Origin: the human T2T-CHM13v2.0 reference genome, Homo sapiens
DNA: 64,000 bases
Assembly (NCBI RefSeq): GCF_009914755.1
Contig: NC_060928.1
Direction: 5' to 3' (one strand)
Shown here: positions 1-18,522 of the stretch, one piece after another
Layout: the number at the start of each line of letters is the position of its first letter
Numbering within the stretch: position 1 is the first letter of the stretch
The notes under the pieces: generated by a model
What the model was told of the DNA's origin: nothing
The model's database searches: none
The model's input: the letters and a program-made list of their open reading frames with translations, nothing else
Position numbers and translations under genes: made by a program

Positions 1-263
<263 letters not shown>

Positions 264-3163
264 TGAATCTCATCTTAATCCTTGAACAGAAATATTCTCT
301 CCCTAGAATTTTCAATATTTTCCTTTTTCATAATATACTGTATATGTAGATGAAATTTGTCTATGCAGAAGGGCTGGCCCAAGAGACTAAAATGTGTTCT
401 TGAGTCTAAAATAAATACCATATATGTCAGCATCTTTATTAATTTAAGACTGTTTAGAAGTGCTCAAATAGAAGCTGTGGATACAGGTTTTGCTTCTGTC
501 TTAACTGCAGTAAAACGAACTAACCTAAGACATGCTGACTTCTGGAACAAGGGCAATTTGTAGAAATATGCTGCAGGCAGTTGGAGTTTTGAGAGATGAA
601 TACCCTTTTAAACTGACATCTCTTCAGTGTAAGTGTTTTTCAGGTTTCAGAATGTCTGCTGTTTGAGGGACGCCTTTTTTAGTTTAATGCAGTCATTGGT
701 CCAACCTAAAATATTAAGAGAGGCACAGAGTTGCTGACCTACTTATCTCCCATTAGGATGAGGACTAGCGTTTTAGTACTCTCATTGCTGACCTTCGGGG
801 ATGATGACTTTGAGGACCAGGAAGCAAACAAATTGGAAAGCCTCTCAGATTAAGACTCCTGAAAAGAGAGATCTAAGACCAAAAATGTGAAAGATTAGAA
901 CAAGTTTCCTTTTAGAATGTTCTGCCCAATCAGGTAGAAGAAAGGAAAGATAATTTTCAAGCCCATGCCCCAGTCTGCTAGCCAACAAGGATTTATTGAG
1001 CAAATACTATGTTCTGAGCCCCCTGCTTATGATCTGGAAAGTACAATAGCCTAAAAGGCAAAGAACAAGTCTTGAAGGAATTTTCAAGTCCTGGTGGTAC
1101 CTTTAGGCATTAGTGAGCATCCTTCTCCCTCCTGTTCTCTGAGCTCCTCAAGTCTTTCCTCAGTGAGGAAATCAGCTCTGGCTGTGGTAGAACCCTCTGC
1201 AGTGGTTCAGCTACAAACACTTTCTGAGAGAATCAAGTTGGCCCCAACCTAAAATTTGTTTCCTTTGGCAGTGAAAGGTGTGTTGGTAAAAGGCTCTTTC
1301 AGCATTACCTGGATGAAGTGGCATTTGCTACTTAACCCCAAGACTCTTGTTCAGTGCACGGTTCTATTCCTAAAATGTCCTCTCCTCAGCTACCAGACAA
1401 TTCAACAGTGGCCCTGGGTAGCGCCAAAATAACCCATCATAGAAACACTGCTTGAGAGTGAATAGTAGATAGGCTTGAGCTTTGCCTTAATTAAGAGGAT
1501 GAGATCGGGTCTCTTTAATCGCCAAAATAGCCTCTCAGACTACACAAAGACAGAACTGTCTCTTTTGCTGACTACATGCAATTTATTTAAATTAGTGTTG
1601 CACATTCAACGATGGTGTGGAAGCTATATTAGAAAACCACCAAATTGAATGAGTTTTCTAGGTCTTTGGTTAGGGATAAAAAGGGCATTAGCCACATTGA
1701 ATGGGATTTGCATCTCGTTAGCTTGCCCGTATGTCCTCAGCTATTGGACACAATGGAGGGTGCACGTCTCTCTTTTCAGCTGGGTAGTCTGCTTCAGTTG
1801 TGATTCTCCTGGGAATTAAAATTGTGAACTAGAGTCATGGTGGGGGAAGGGGAAGGGCTGGAACTTGTCTGACCACACCCTCCCCCGCTTTTTGTAGTTC
1901 AAGATTATAATAGTTTGCCTTAGCAGCAGCAAAATCTATCTCAGTGTTTAGTACTCTCCTCGGTATTGGCTGTGAACAATCTCCTTGCAGATATTGGGCA
2001 GCTGGCTCTCCTTATTGTTCAGCATATGTCCAGGGTTCCCTCCAATGCACTGGATTCTGCTTATGGAAGGCAAAATAATTACCATGTTAGTCCAAGAAAG
2101 AGATTATAAAAGTGAACCTCTTATGCGAAGTAAACATTTTGGATATCCCCTTATTTAGCGTGACCAGTGAGATGTCACCCACAGAAAGTGGATAAAAGGG
2201 TACCCAAATGGGCTGAAGGCCACAGGATCAGCTACTCTCTATCCATAAACACCCTTGTCAACTGTGTGGATGCTTCATCTGACACCCTGTCCTTCCTCTC
2301 CTTCCAAGTATGAATCATCCTTGTCACTCCATTTCCTTCACCACCCAAATCCTGGCCCTATACTTAGTACTTCCTGAGACCTCTAGAACAGAAGTACCCA
2401 TGGGTCCTCAGCCACTTTACCCCATGTGTGGGTCTGATGGCTAAGATGAGCTGTCCTGAATAGCTTTAAAAGTAACTCCAGGGAGAAAAACTAAATGTGG
2501 CTCGCTAAAAGATAACACTTAATCTATACAGTTTCGTAGAGGGTATTCTGGATGTTCGGATCTGGGTTGCTGCAGAAAACAAATGGCAATAACTGGGTAT
2601 CTTTAGCTTCTCAATCTTAGCCAATAACAAAGCCAGCAATCAAAACTCAATTCAACAGTTACAGAATATGGTCTCCAGACTCCTGCCACCATTAAACAGA
2701 ATTCTTTCTTACAATGCTGCTTTCCATCTTATAAAAACAATGCTTTGTCCATCTGTTGTGGCACACACGCTGTACAGCAAATGAGCCTTCAATGATAAAT
2801 GTTCTCTTTTGCCCCAGGTCACGCGGCAGTCATAGTCATGTACAATCAAGTGACCATTTATTTAGAGGAAGGATGAGCAGAGGCTAACTGCAGTCTTTTT
2901 GCTGTTTTTCCCTATTTTCTGCCTTCAAGTAGCAATTAGCCTTTGAGTATCCTTCATCCTTTTCCCCCCACAAATGGTGTCTCAATCTAGTAACCTCACG
3001 TATAAAGCAACCGATGACTGAAGGCTAAAATCCACTCAGAGACCACAAACCACCCACTAAAACAACAGGAAAAGATCTGGGAGCCTGGAAAGGGAAGAGG
3101 TGGGAGTGAGGGTACGTGGGGCCCTGTGCAAAGTGCTGGTTTTTCTTGTGACATTTACTCTAA

Positions 3164-3637
<474 letters not shown>

Positions 3638-4264
3638 AGATTCTGAATTTTTAAACAGTATCTACTAGAAATCAAATTCATTTTTCTTGTTAAAAAGCCT
3701 TTAAACATCAAGAAGGGGAAATAATTATTAAGCATTTGCTTGGAACAGTTGAAGTAGTTTCTGTAATAGAAGGAAGACAGATTTGCCAGGGTATGAAATT
3801 CTGAATCCCATCTGCACGGAAGCTGGTTTTCATTTGTAATGCAGTACAAAATATTCTTGGCATCTTTGGTGCTTATTGCACACAGTATACTCCATGCTAA
3901 AACTAAATCTCGATAGAACTAAATACATTTCTTTCGTTAGATTTTTTTTCTAAGCATTTTCTCTCGTTCAAGTCCCTTGGATAAATGCATTCACCAAGTA
4001 CTGCCAGGTCTTTCTACCTCTGCAGAGTTTAGTCTTCAATCTTCCTTATTCAGCCAGTTCATTCAGCTACTATCTATTGATGGGGGCCGAGGGGGACAGG
4101 AGTTCACAGGCTAACCTGAGAGAAGAAGGCAAGGCACATACACCCCTGCCCGTGTCCTAGATCTGTCTTTCAGTCTCTAGGGGCCTAGGCCCTGGCTTTC
4201 TGAATTTTACACATGATGACTGCTACGGTACTTACAGCCTCAATACGTTTGCCATCCACACTAT

Positions 4265-4562
<298 letters not shown>

Positions 4563-5739
4563 CATGTTCAGTCTCAAAACCAGTAGAATTCAGTTACAAA
4601 AACAAAAAACACACCAAACAAACACTTGTCTCAGGCATAACATATTACCTTGTTGATTTATTGTACCACAGCTGGAAATATGGGGACTGTCAGTTTCTCC
4701 TGAGAATCTGGGATACTGCATGCCTTAAGGGAGATTGAGGTGACAGTATGCTATCTGTCTTTTATTTATGAAGATAACCCTGTTGACCCACCAGGATATG
4801 CTTTGTAGTTTTCTCCATCCATCCTATCAATTTTTATTAGTTATGAAATTTACTGGCCCCTGTGGCACAAATCTAGAAGAACCAGCTCACTTGGTTCAAG
4901 CCTATAATTTCATCAACATAGCAGGTAACTAGCTGAGCTCACTTGGAACTGAGATCATAATAATGATTTAACCTCTCATTTGAGCAAGGCTTTACTGTTT
5001 AAAAATCACTTTCACAGAAATAATTCCATCTTATCTTGACAATGTCCCTGAGAGGTAACATCTTAGAAGCGAGGAAACTAAGTTTCCAAGAAGTCAAGTG
5101 ACTTTTCCAGTAAAGGGGGAGTCAGGACTCACACCTAGGATGTCTTTCTCACTAAAATACACGCTCAAGTATACTTGATTGGTTGACATATGATAAATGG
5201 ATACAAGAATTGTGGGAAGCTCTAGAAGAAAGGATGTTTTGTTGAGAAAACAAATCTAGGAAAGTGTCTGGAAAAGTGGTTTTCAATAGAGATTGTTTAC
5301 TTTAAATTTAACTCTAGACCCAAGAATATCACATAGGAAACCATTAGGGAGTCATGTGAACAAGACAATCAAGTGTCAACTCATATGATACAGACATTAA
5401 GTACAATGATGGTTCAGAAAAGAGAGAGAACACAATAAGGTAATAAATCAAGGATAATATAATTGAGGAAGAGGGACTAAAGTTAGAACTTAAAGAATGT
5501 GCAAGATTTAGATGGAAGAGGGAAGTGGGAAGGGCACAATGGGCATTGGGAACAACCCAAGCAAAGGTGGAGAGTCATTTTCCAGACAGGGATTAGGAGC
5601 CAGACACATCTGATGGGAGGAGGGACTGAGCAGGTCTAGGCAAGGAAGTCGTGGGCATTGAGGTGAAATAAGGAGGTGGAATCAAAGAGGATCTTCAGTG
5701 CCTATTGGAGAAATACAGACTTGATGCTTAGGTGCTCTA

Positions 5740-6943
<1,204 letters not shown>

Positions 6944-8409
6944 TCAGCCACTCCAGTGAGAGTGGCTAGCAAAGGCAGCAGGGGGAGACTCAGAGCTGCA
7001 GGTGCTGAATTGGAGGTGGTGACAGAGCCGGGTGGAGCTGTCCCCTGGGCCACTGGAAACCTAAGCCAGCTGCCCCCTCTCTAGACATAGATTTGGAAGT
7101 CAAATGCATTCCAGCAGTCATCTAATCACAAGAGTGGGTGCGGCCTCTGAGTGAGTGAATGTAGGAGAAGAGCAGTGGCTTGATGTTTTGGCAAATTCCC
7201 GGAGTTAGAAGATTGCTAAGAATAAGGATAAGAAGCATTTAAAGTAGAGGAGAAATGGTAAAGTTCTCTACTTCCAAAGCCAAAGAAAAAGAGTTTCCAG
7301 TAGAAGGTGGGAGGAGAAGAGGGACGACTGGGAGAAGACTTTGGTTTAGCTAAAATGAGGACATGGGGAAAAGAAAGTGCCAAAGAAAGGAAGGAAGGAA
7401 GTCAGATGATAATTACAGGGTGGCAGGATTTAGAAAATGGTGTGGGGGGTTTTTATTGGAAAGTTGTGGGGTTTTCTTTTTGAGATATTGATTACTTTAC
7501 TTACAGTCAAATTCACCTTTTCTGATGTTCAATTCTGTGAATTTTGACAAATGAATATAGTTCTGTAACCATGACTACTGTTGAGATAGGACCAATTATA
7601 TCACCCCCAAAATTCTTTGTTGCTGAGGTGCTTTTTTGTTTTTTTAGAGGAAACCAATGTGTATTTGAAGTCAGAAAGGAAGAAACCCATGGGAAAGGAG
7701 GAGATGATGGTGTTAAAGAGGAAAGGGTTGAAGGAGTGAGGCGTGGAGGTGGTAGGGAGGCAGGTGGGCCACTGAGAATGCTTCAATTTTGGTGGGAAGG
7801 AACATTTCCTCTCTTCCTATGAAGTAGAAGGAAGGATGGATGCATACATTCAGGGTCTATGATATCTTTTTATGGTTAATTCCAAAACTCCTGCCAGCAA
7901 AACCATTTCCTGCTGAGAGAGATGTTAAATGTTGCATTGCGTAATTTCTGCCACGGAGGTATGATTTCCTGTTGCAATCACTGTTTGCAGGAATTACATG
8001 CAAGGGGAGTACAGGCACCGGGCTGCTTTGCTTTGGGATATGTGCCCAAATCCTGCTCTAATGTAATACCATAGCAATTTTAGAACTAACAACTTTAAAA
8101 TTCTTCAAAGTTAAGTGCATCTGCATCTTTTCCTGCACCATACAGTGAGAAAGCTTGGCAGCAATAATGGCTTCAATCCCCATAAATACTCCTGACAGGT
8201 GTAAATGAGTCACTGCGGAAGAGCTAGCTTCCACAGACATGTCCTTGGGGCATTATTTGGCAGAAGAGATTGAATTCTCATCATTTTATGCTCAAGACTC
8301 ACAACCACTCAGAAGTGCAGTTTTCTCCTTGACATCTATGATGTTGCTTGCATCTCCCTTTATCCTTGCAGTCACACTGTGATTCAGGGGTGGGAGGAAA
8401 GAAGGTGTT

Positions 8410-9000
8410 GGATAGCGATTCTCAAACTGTGGGCTTCATGAGCGGGTTGTGAATCAAGTTAGTGAGTTGCAGCCAGTTTACTGAAAAATGAAATAGAATA
8501 GGAAATAGCAGAGGGCATCGGGCTAAATGTGATCTCATGCAACCTTTGTTTCAGTGAAATATATGTATCTATTACTGGACTGCAACATAAAATACATTTC
8601 TGCTGCGGATCTCAGTCACAAAAGTTTGGAAACTGAATGTAGAAGTATGCAGATCCTTTATGACCCTAGGCAGGCTACTGAATGTCCTTGTGGCTTAGAG
8701 TCATTGTCTGTAAAATGAGGCTCATAAGTTACCTACTCTGTATGGCTGTTGAGAGTGTTAAACAGAAAATGCATAGGTAGCATTAGGTGCTGTGCCTGGT
8801 TAACAGTCAATGCTTGTGATGATGATTTGTTTTCCTGCCTAGATCTATAGGTCAAATTTTTATTCAATGCCCAGACCTTTCTTCTGAGCCTAGAACTATA
8901 ACTCAGCAGCTATTTGACATCTCCAGGCAGTTGTTCTACATGCATCTCCAACTCAGCATGTCCAAAGTGGAACTCAATTAATTGCCACTTTCTCTCTCCA
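8410..9000. mobile_element. Old repeat cluster: hAT-Charlie-like, MIR and L2 fragments
   Basis: ttctcaaact...aaaagtttggaaac ends; MIR core tctgtaaaatgagg; L2-like catctccaactcagcatgtccaaa. Confidence 0.55.
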
Positions 9001-9368
9001 ATTCTTAACCTTCCCCGTGCCCTGTCCCACCCTCGAGCACACAGACCCCTCTGCTGCCCCCAGCTGTGTACTTCATATGTGGTGCTTCCAAACTGCTTCT
9101 AGTTGGTCTTCCTCCACTAACACACATATGTCTTCAGGTTTCCTCTGCCTTGAATGCTTGTTCCACTTTTTTGTTGTATGACTCACTCTTTCCCATCCTT
9201 CAGGGCTTAATACAAATTGGTTTTCCAGTCAGAAAGATGTAGGCTTGAAGTCACTAATCATTGGTGACAGCTGTGTGACTCTGAGAAGCAAATTTCTGAA
9301 GCACTCAAAGTCAGTTTGTTCCTCTGTAAAATGGGAAAAGCTGTGCCTGCTTCATAGAGTTAAGATAA

Positions 9369-9665
<297 letters not shown>

Positions 9666-10047
9666 AAGTTAAGAGAATTAAATGAATTCTTGTGTGTATA
9701 GAATAGTACCCAGCACATACAGAGTAGTTAATAAATGGCTGTGATTCTTTTTCATTTTTAAAGAAGGCTCAATTCACCTCTTTCTAGAGCTTCTTACAGA
9801 CCTGAATGTGTCAGGTTGTTGAAGAGCTTTGCAGTTTTGCACCAGCTATTCCTTCTGATCAGATTACCTTTTCCACACTTCTTCCTTTGACCAAGCCCTA
9901 CTCCTCCCTCAAGGCTCAACCCAAGTGTCACCTCCTCCGGGACCCTGCCAACATCCTGTGCTCACCTCCATCAGAATTCTTGACCACCTAAACTATGATT
10001 ACCTTCTTTCCCCCTAGATTCTAAGTCTCCTGAGGGCTCCATGTGAC

Positions 10048-10347
10048 ATGTGTCGTGGGAGGGATCCGGTGGGGATCAAATCATGGGGGCAGTTTCCCCC
10101 ATGCTGTACTCATGATTGTGAGAGAGTTCTCTTGAGATCTGATGGTTTTATAAGCATCTCGCATTTCTCCTGCTTGCACTCATTCTCCCTCCTGCCACCC
10201 TGTGAAGAGGTGCCTTCTGCCATGATTGTAAGTTTACTGAGGCCTTCCCAGTCCTGCAGAACTGTGAGTCAATTAAACCTTTTTTTTCTTTATAAATTAC
10301 CCAGTGTCGGGTATTTCTTCATAGCAGCATGGGAATGCATGGATACA
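10048..10347 (+). mobile_element. THE1/MST-type MaLR LTR, 5'-truncated
   Basis: gagatctgatggttttata...gtgagtcaattaaacct...tataaattacccagt...tcatagcag motifs. Confidence 0.85.
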
Positions 10348-10588
10348 GTTAAGGCCATCCCCAACATGGCTTCTATTGCATGTTCTAGCCTTTTCTTCTA
10401 CTTATCCTCACCTTGTACCTCATACCATGGAAAACTAGGCTCCTTACTCCCTCACTGTGCCCCATACCTCACTTCCTTGTATGCCTATTCATGCTGGCTC
10501 TTTCTGTTTAGCCCCACAAACCCACTAAAGCCCTCTCAAATGCTACCACATGACAATTCTAGAACCTTTAGTGATCTACTTTTTTTAA

Positions 10589-11075
<487 letters not shown>

Positions 11076-11482
11076 CAGAGGATTATGTCTTAAACATCTT
11101 TGTAAACTTACAGTATCAAGGACATTACATTGCTTGTCTTTTCTCATAAGTGTTTGAGGAAACAAATAGAATTGAAAATCAGCTAGATTTGGTTGTGCTT
11201 TCTGCTTGCTAATTTAACTTTTGGGGGTTGGGGTGTGGGAAATTAAGGTTTAACTTGTCTTTTGACTCTTAAATATATTTCTTCTACATGCAATTGGAGC
11301 TGGAGTTGCTACATTTAGCAATTAGGCATGTAAACATTAGTACCATATTATAACCACATTGTTGTAGGCATTTTTGATTAATTGATTATTAATATTAATT
11401 TTAGTACTAATATACCTTTAATGCTATTGTTTATGGCTCTTAGTTACTTAGGAGTGTGCATACTAATAAAAAAAGAGTCAAG

Positions 11483-11774
11483 AGGCCAGGAGCAGTGGCT
11501 CATGCCTATAATCCCAGCACTTTGGGAGGCTGAGGTGGGTGGATCACGAGGTCAGGAGTTTGAGACCAGCCTGACCAACATAGTGAAACCCTGTCTCTAC
11601 TGAAAATACAAAAAATTAGCCGAGGGTGGTGGCAGGCACCTGTAATCCCAACTACTCAGGAGGCTGAGGCAGGAGAATCACTTGAACTCAGGAGGCGGAA
11701 GTTGCAGTGAGCTGAGATTGCGCCATTGCATTTCAGCCCAGGCGACAGTGCGAGACTCCGACTCAAAAAAAAAA
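11483..11774 (+). mobile_element. Alu (AluS-like), TSD aaaagagtcaa
   Basis: Sense Alu dimer and flanking duplication. Confidence 0.92.
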
Positions 11775-12969
11775 GAGTCAAAATATATGAAATGTGAAAA
11801 TGTAAATACATAAACACATTTATGAGTGGTAGTTGTATACGTACATACTTTCTACTTTATCAAAGTCAGGACATCTATGAATGGTTATACAAATGGTTAT
11901 ACAAATATTATACAAATATTACAACTTAATTGTATCTTTTTTTCAAAAAAACAGAAGATCCATTGGTAGTATGCTCTCCAGCTCCCTCCCTCTGTGACTT
12001 ACACCTTCGCTAGTCATTTGAAAGCTTCTGTGGGAGTGTGTGGTAAGTGACCTGCCATTGTGGGGAGTGGCAGTGGCATGACCTCAGGAGCCAGTTCTGA
12101 GTCCAGGTGAACCAAAGCTCAGTTTCTTTCATCTTTGAACCTGAACCTCTTACCTCCAAGAAAAAGGGCCCAGGAATTTGGGCCTTCTTATTTATTTGTC
12201 CTTCTGCCCCTCTCCCTATCTAACCCCTGGGTAAGGGTGAGCTTGAAGGTGATGGTGACAGTGGCTTCTGTGTGTGTCAGTCCACCCTCCAAGCAATGCT
12301 TAGAAACCAGTCCATAAGCCAATTAACACATCATTTTTAGGGCAGATTTTCAAGTTCTCAGTTGTTTACATGTTTCGTTAAGTACTAACCTCCAAATTAA
12401 TAAAGCATGACACATGACATCACACATTTCACAATTTGTACCCAAGCAAAGTTCATGGAGGTAAGGTAATGAATTAGCAGTTGTGAAAAATCACACATTC
12501 CTTTACTGGAGACAGGAGAGACATGTAGAATATATTGGCAATGACCAAAAATTGACTTCTAAGTACTTTTGAGATTGGCCCTGGGAAGCATCGTATGAAT
12601 CTCTGGCAAGGGAAGAAAGGACTGGACTCCAGGGAGAGGAAAAGCATGTATAAAGGTATAACGGTTTAAGAAAAAGAGAGAACTGGAATAACCCAGGATT
12701 CTCTGGAGGCATAGAATGAGTGCATTTTAAGTCTTTTAGAGAAGACTTGTTGTAAGGCAACAAGCCTGGAGCCAAGAAATGTAGCAATTCCAGCTCCAGT
12801 CGCATGCACTAGACCTCCTGTGCTTAAATGTCCTGTGATTGGGTCATGGAATTGCAGCATGTCCAGCACTTGAAGAGGTTTGGATGCTTTAAGTCACTGC
12901 AAGAGGCCAGGAGATGGGGTCACAGAGACAGAAGAGACAGACTGTCTTGTACAGAAACCTAAGGGCTCT

Positions 12970-13125
12970 CTATTATGGACTGAATGTTCATGAATCCCCC
13001 CAAAATCATATGTTGAAGGCTTAACCCCACTGTGACGGTATTTGGAGATGGAGCCTTTGGAAGGTGATTAGGGTTAGATAAGATCATGAGAGGTGGCTGA
13101 GGCCTTGTTGACAGGATTAGTGCTC
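12970..13125 (+). mobile_element. MLT1A/MST-type LTR 5' fragment
   Basis: tatggactgaatgtt...ccccaaaatcatatgttgaa...gtatttggagatggagccttt. Confidence 0.7.
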
Positions 13126-13154
13126 AGTCTCCTTAGTTAGAAAATAACTCTGGC

Positions 13155-13533
<379 letters not shown>

Positions 13534-13910
13534 TTATTTTCTTTCTATTCCTTTCTAACTAAGAGAGAAAGTTATCCTCTATTTGTAAGTGTTAAAGAAT
13601 GCAATCACCATGATACTGCTTCACATCCCCTTTAGTGTAAAAGTGCCTTGTGTCTAGTAAGCAGTTGCATCATCATTGCATGAAAGTGGAATAAATGAAT
13701 GAATACATGAATGTTAGAAGTAAGTGGCCTGCACCAGGTTTTCTTCTCGTTCTGTCTTCTTCTCTCTTGCCTTTCTTGTTCTCCTTTCTCTTCAACACAT
13801 AACATCTTTTATTAGGTATATACATGTCTCCTTTGTTCGTCTTTGCCTTAATAAGAAACAACATTTTCGAGCAATATGAAATGTCTATGCATGACAGCAT
13901 CCTAACTTTC

Positions 13911-14219
13911 TTTCTTTTTTTTTTTTTTTTTTTTTTTTGTAAGATGGAGTCTCGCTCTGTCACCCAGGCTGGAGTGCAGTGGCGTTATCTGCAACCTCCG
14001 CCTCCTGGGAGGCAGGCTCAAGCAATTCTCCTGTCTCAGCCTCCCGAGTAGTTGGGACTGCATCCACGCGCCACACGCCCAGCTAATTTTTCTATTTTTA
14101 GTAGAGAGGGGGTTTCACCATGTTGCCCAGGCTGGTCTCGTACTCCTGGGCTCAAACAATCCACCCGTCTCAGCCTCCCAAAATGCTGGGATTACAGGCA
14201 TAAGCCACCACGCCTGGCC
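13911..14219 (-). mobile_element. Alu with TSD agcatcctaactttct
   Basis: Antisense Alu, long T tail, flanking duplication. Confidence 0.92.
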
Positions 14220-14882
14220 AGCATCCTAACTTTCTGCAGCAGTAAGTAGGATCCCTAATAAAGGCTGAATATCATACTCATACCCACAATTCCTTACTTG
14301 GTTTAAATACAAAAGATTATCGCTGCCAAACTGTGCATAAGAATTGGTAGACTATGTTTGAAAATGTTTTCCTTTAATAATATTGCAAATACCTGAAGCC
14401 AGGCAATAAAAGTAAGACACAATATCTTATTTGGTAGTGTTTTCTTTTCAATATTGTTTTCAGACTCCCAGTTGGAAGGAAGAGGTTTTGTATCACAGTT
14501 TATACTACATATTTGCATAAACAGTAAATATTTTTCTCCTACTTAAAACAAAAATCAAATAATGTTTAGTAATTAGACTACCTTCAGCCACTGTGAAAGG
14601 ACTTAGTTTAGGGTAAATGGTGTCTTTTCCTACACTGCTTCTATTATCAGTAGAAGGTTACTACCTACGCTTCTAGGGCTCTCCAGATTTTAACAGCTCA
14701 TGAATTCAGAATACATGAAAAAGCAAGAGTGAACTACAGAATATTTAAACAGTTGTTTTAATTTTATTACTTCCAGTATTTGCATGTATCCAATAACCAT
14801 ATAACCATGTAAATATATTATAAAGCATACCTCAATGACTGGAGGAGAATATTTTCAGTAAGTATATTAAAATCGTTTCCCT

Positions 14883-15206
<324 letters not shown>

Positions 15207-17855
15207 TCACTCTTAAGTAGGTTAAGATGATCTTGCTTACACCTAACAGATCCCTTCTACAAGAGCTCAAAGGGATCTTTAGCAGATGTCCGATCATAAC
15301 AAGTAGTTCTGAGGTGTTTCACAGGAGTACCTGGTCTAGGAGGCTGTGTTCTCCAGAGCAGCGTTGATCACACAGCTCTGGCTAATGTCTAGGCAGGCTG
15401 GACACCCAGTCCTTCCTCATCGCACATTGTTGGAAGCCATGTGCCAAGACTGCATTTGTGCTGCACCATCGTTGGGGGATGGTCCTGCCCCCTCCCCGAT
15501 GGAGGTCACAGGTTTGTGGGCGAGACACCTCTAACTAAACAAACAAATATTCCTTTACGAACTGTGACAACTGCCATGAAGGATTCAAAGGGGGCAGAGT
15601 GATACATAACAAAGGGGCACACCCACTTAAGTCAGGAGGGTTAGGAAGGCCTCAGAGAGGAGGCAGCATTTGAGCATGTGAGCAGAGAACCCAGGAGCAG
15701 AGAACCCAGGGAGCAGGAGCAACAGCAGGGCTAGGAGGAGCGGGAACCTTGCATTAAGAGCGCCTCGTTGCTCATGAAGATCCATTCATTTAGCCATGAA
15801 CTAAAACAAGGCGGCCTCCTTTTCTGAACTTATCTCAGAATTTCGACCTGAGGAAACGGGTGCACAGATTCTTGAAAAGCCAGAAACAGTACAGAGAGAA
15901 CGGAGGAGAGGCCACACGTATGCCGGATAAAGGTCCCAGGATGCTGCTAGGAGAGCACTGGCCATTAGAGTAAACAGAAAAATAGAAATGAAACCTGTTT
16001 TTATAATGAATAACTTTTATAGTCTAAGTTTAAATGAAGATTGGGTTTTCCCATTTCTGGGGGCAAACAAACATGTGTTAATAGCTAATTAAAAATAGAA
16101 TGGGAATTCTACTGAGGCCCATTATGGAACAGGGGGCAGGCAAGGTGCTGGAACATGCTGGCCATCTGATGCCAACCACGTGGGTCCTTTGAATAAATCT
16201 GTGTGCTTTTATCACTTTACCCTGCTCACCAATTTGACCGGATTAAAAGGCTTCATAACAGTCTGCACAACTGCTAATGATGTAACTCCGCTCTTACATG
16301 TTTATTTTAGTGTTGGATTTTTATTGTCAAGGTCACTCCGAGGATATGCGGATTCTTAACTACACAAAGTTGGTACTTAGCCTTGGTCTATTTTGTCTTG
16401 TATCTTTTTTTTTTCTTTCCTATTCCCAGGAGTCTGCCTTCTCTGTGAATCCCCCTCTAACAGGATGTCGTGGTTTATTTATTCCCTGCCCTTTGCCATG
16501 TGGATGGGCGGATTTTTAACCTTTTAGTACCATAATCCTTTGTGGTAGGTTCCTGTTTCTCTGCTATCTTGGGAACTCCTGCTGTTCGACCTTGGTGTTT
16601 GCATATTTATAAACTCTTAACCATTAACTCTTCAAGCAGACCAGCTGCAGCATGAGAGCTATTTGCTATTCCTCAGCATCGTTTTCTAGTCTCACTTAGC
16701 AAGACCTTTGCTTGTTGTATTCCCATTTGTGTCTGTTGTGGAACAGGCTCGACAGAACTACTGAAATTGTAAAGAAACTCAGGCAGCCTGCACAGACCTC
16801 CAGCTCCCTGGGTCTGCCTGTAAAGAGAGGACGCTGGGGCAGATGGAGAGCAGCAGGCACTCGGAGTTAGGCCTGAGATCTGCGAATGGCTTTGCCACTT
16901 GCAGGTTGTAAGGCATGGTGGGGGCTGGGATCAAATCACCTCCCCAGCTCTCTGTTTCTTTGTCTATACAATGGTGATCAAACTGGATATCTCCACTGAG
17001 CACCAGGTGTCCTGAAGAGATGGGCGGGGGTGGAGGCAGCATGAGTGGGAGGTGAGCATGTTGGCAGGGGCCCCAGGGCCCGGGCAGCTCTCTAGAGAAA
17101 GGATTTCATGGCTTTAAAACCACAGGACTCTGTCACCTCCAAGGTCCTTTCCAACTTCAAACACACCTCTGATTCTATGAAAGGATGACAGTCTTCTGCC
17201 TTCCTGCTTCATTACTGGTGGAGAGGCCCTGCCAAGGCAAGGAGGGAAGTGGACTAGGAGGTAGGCCTGAGGCTAGGGTGGAGCCCCCAAGCTTCCTATC
17301 AGTACCGCCAAACTGAACTGAAGCCCCCCACACAATTGGAAAGTGATAGAGAAGGTGATGGAGTTTATGCCCTTGATTCAGGTTGTTGGGTTTAAAACTG
17401 AAGATCCACATGAAGGGGTGACTCTTTTCGTTGAGAGAGTACCAGTGCTGTGCCATGTGGCAGGGCAAAGACGAAGAGCAGTGCCAGGTTCCTTGACTGT
17501 GGGCTTTGCTTCTTCATGGCTAGGGATGGGGAGCACTGGATGCAGTTACATCCTTGCTAGATCCCAGATCCTCACTTTTTGCTTTTGACAGAAGTCTCAG
17601 GTAATAGACTTGCTTTCTTTCTTCAGCAGATAGTAGTTAAAACCAAGTGGCAACCTGATAGGCAGCCAGCTGTTATCTATGACTCAAACTATTAAGGATG
17701 GAGACATCTGTACCTGGGCCATGTTCTTCCCAGAGGAGAGCCCTTACTAAGTCAGAGGGTATTATTGTGACATCTGACCTTGAGGACAGTTCAACATGTC
17801 AATCAGGCTAGATAAGCAAATTCTTTATCTAGTAAAAATGGCTAGGCATGGATAA

Positions 17856-18204
<349 letters not shown>

Positions 18205-18205
18205 A

Positions 18206-18487
18206 TCTTCTTCTTCTTCTTCTTCTTGTTCTTCTTCTTCTTCTTCTTCTTCTTCTTCTTCTTCTCCTCCTTCTTCTTCTCCTCCTTTTCCTTCTCCTTC
18301 CTCTTCTCCTCCTTCTTCTCTTCTCCTTCCTCTTCTTTCCTCTTCCTCTTCCTCCTCCTCCTCCTCCTCCTCCTCCTCCTCCTCCTCCTCCTCCTCTTCT
18401 TCTTCTTCTTCTTCTTCTTCTTCTTCTTCTTCTTCTTCTTCTTCTTCTTCTTCTTCTTCTTCTTCTTCTTCTTCTTCTTCTTCTTCT

Positions 18488-18522
<35 letters not shown>

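Noticed and set aside
11879-11924. Short 11-12-bp tandem repeats (similar ones at 15680-15709, 48320-48365, 53870-53900)
   Set aside because: Ordinary slippage duplications; no spacer structure, not CRISPR-like.
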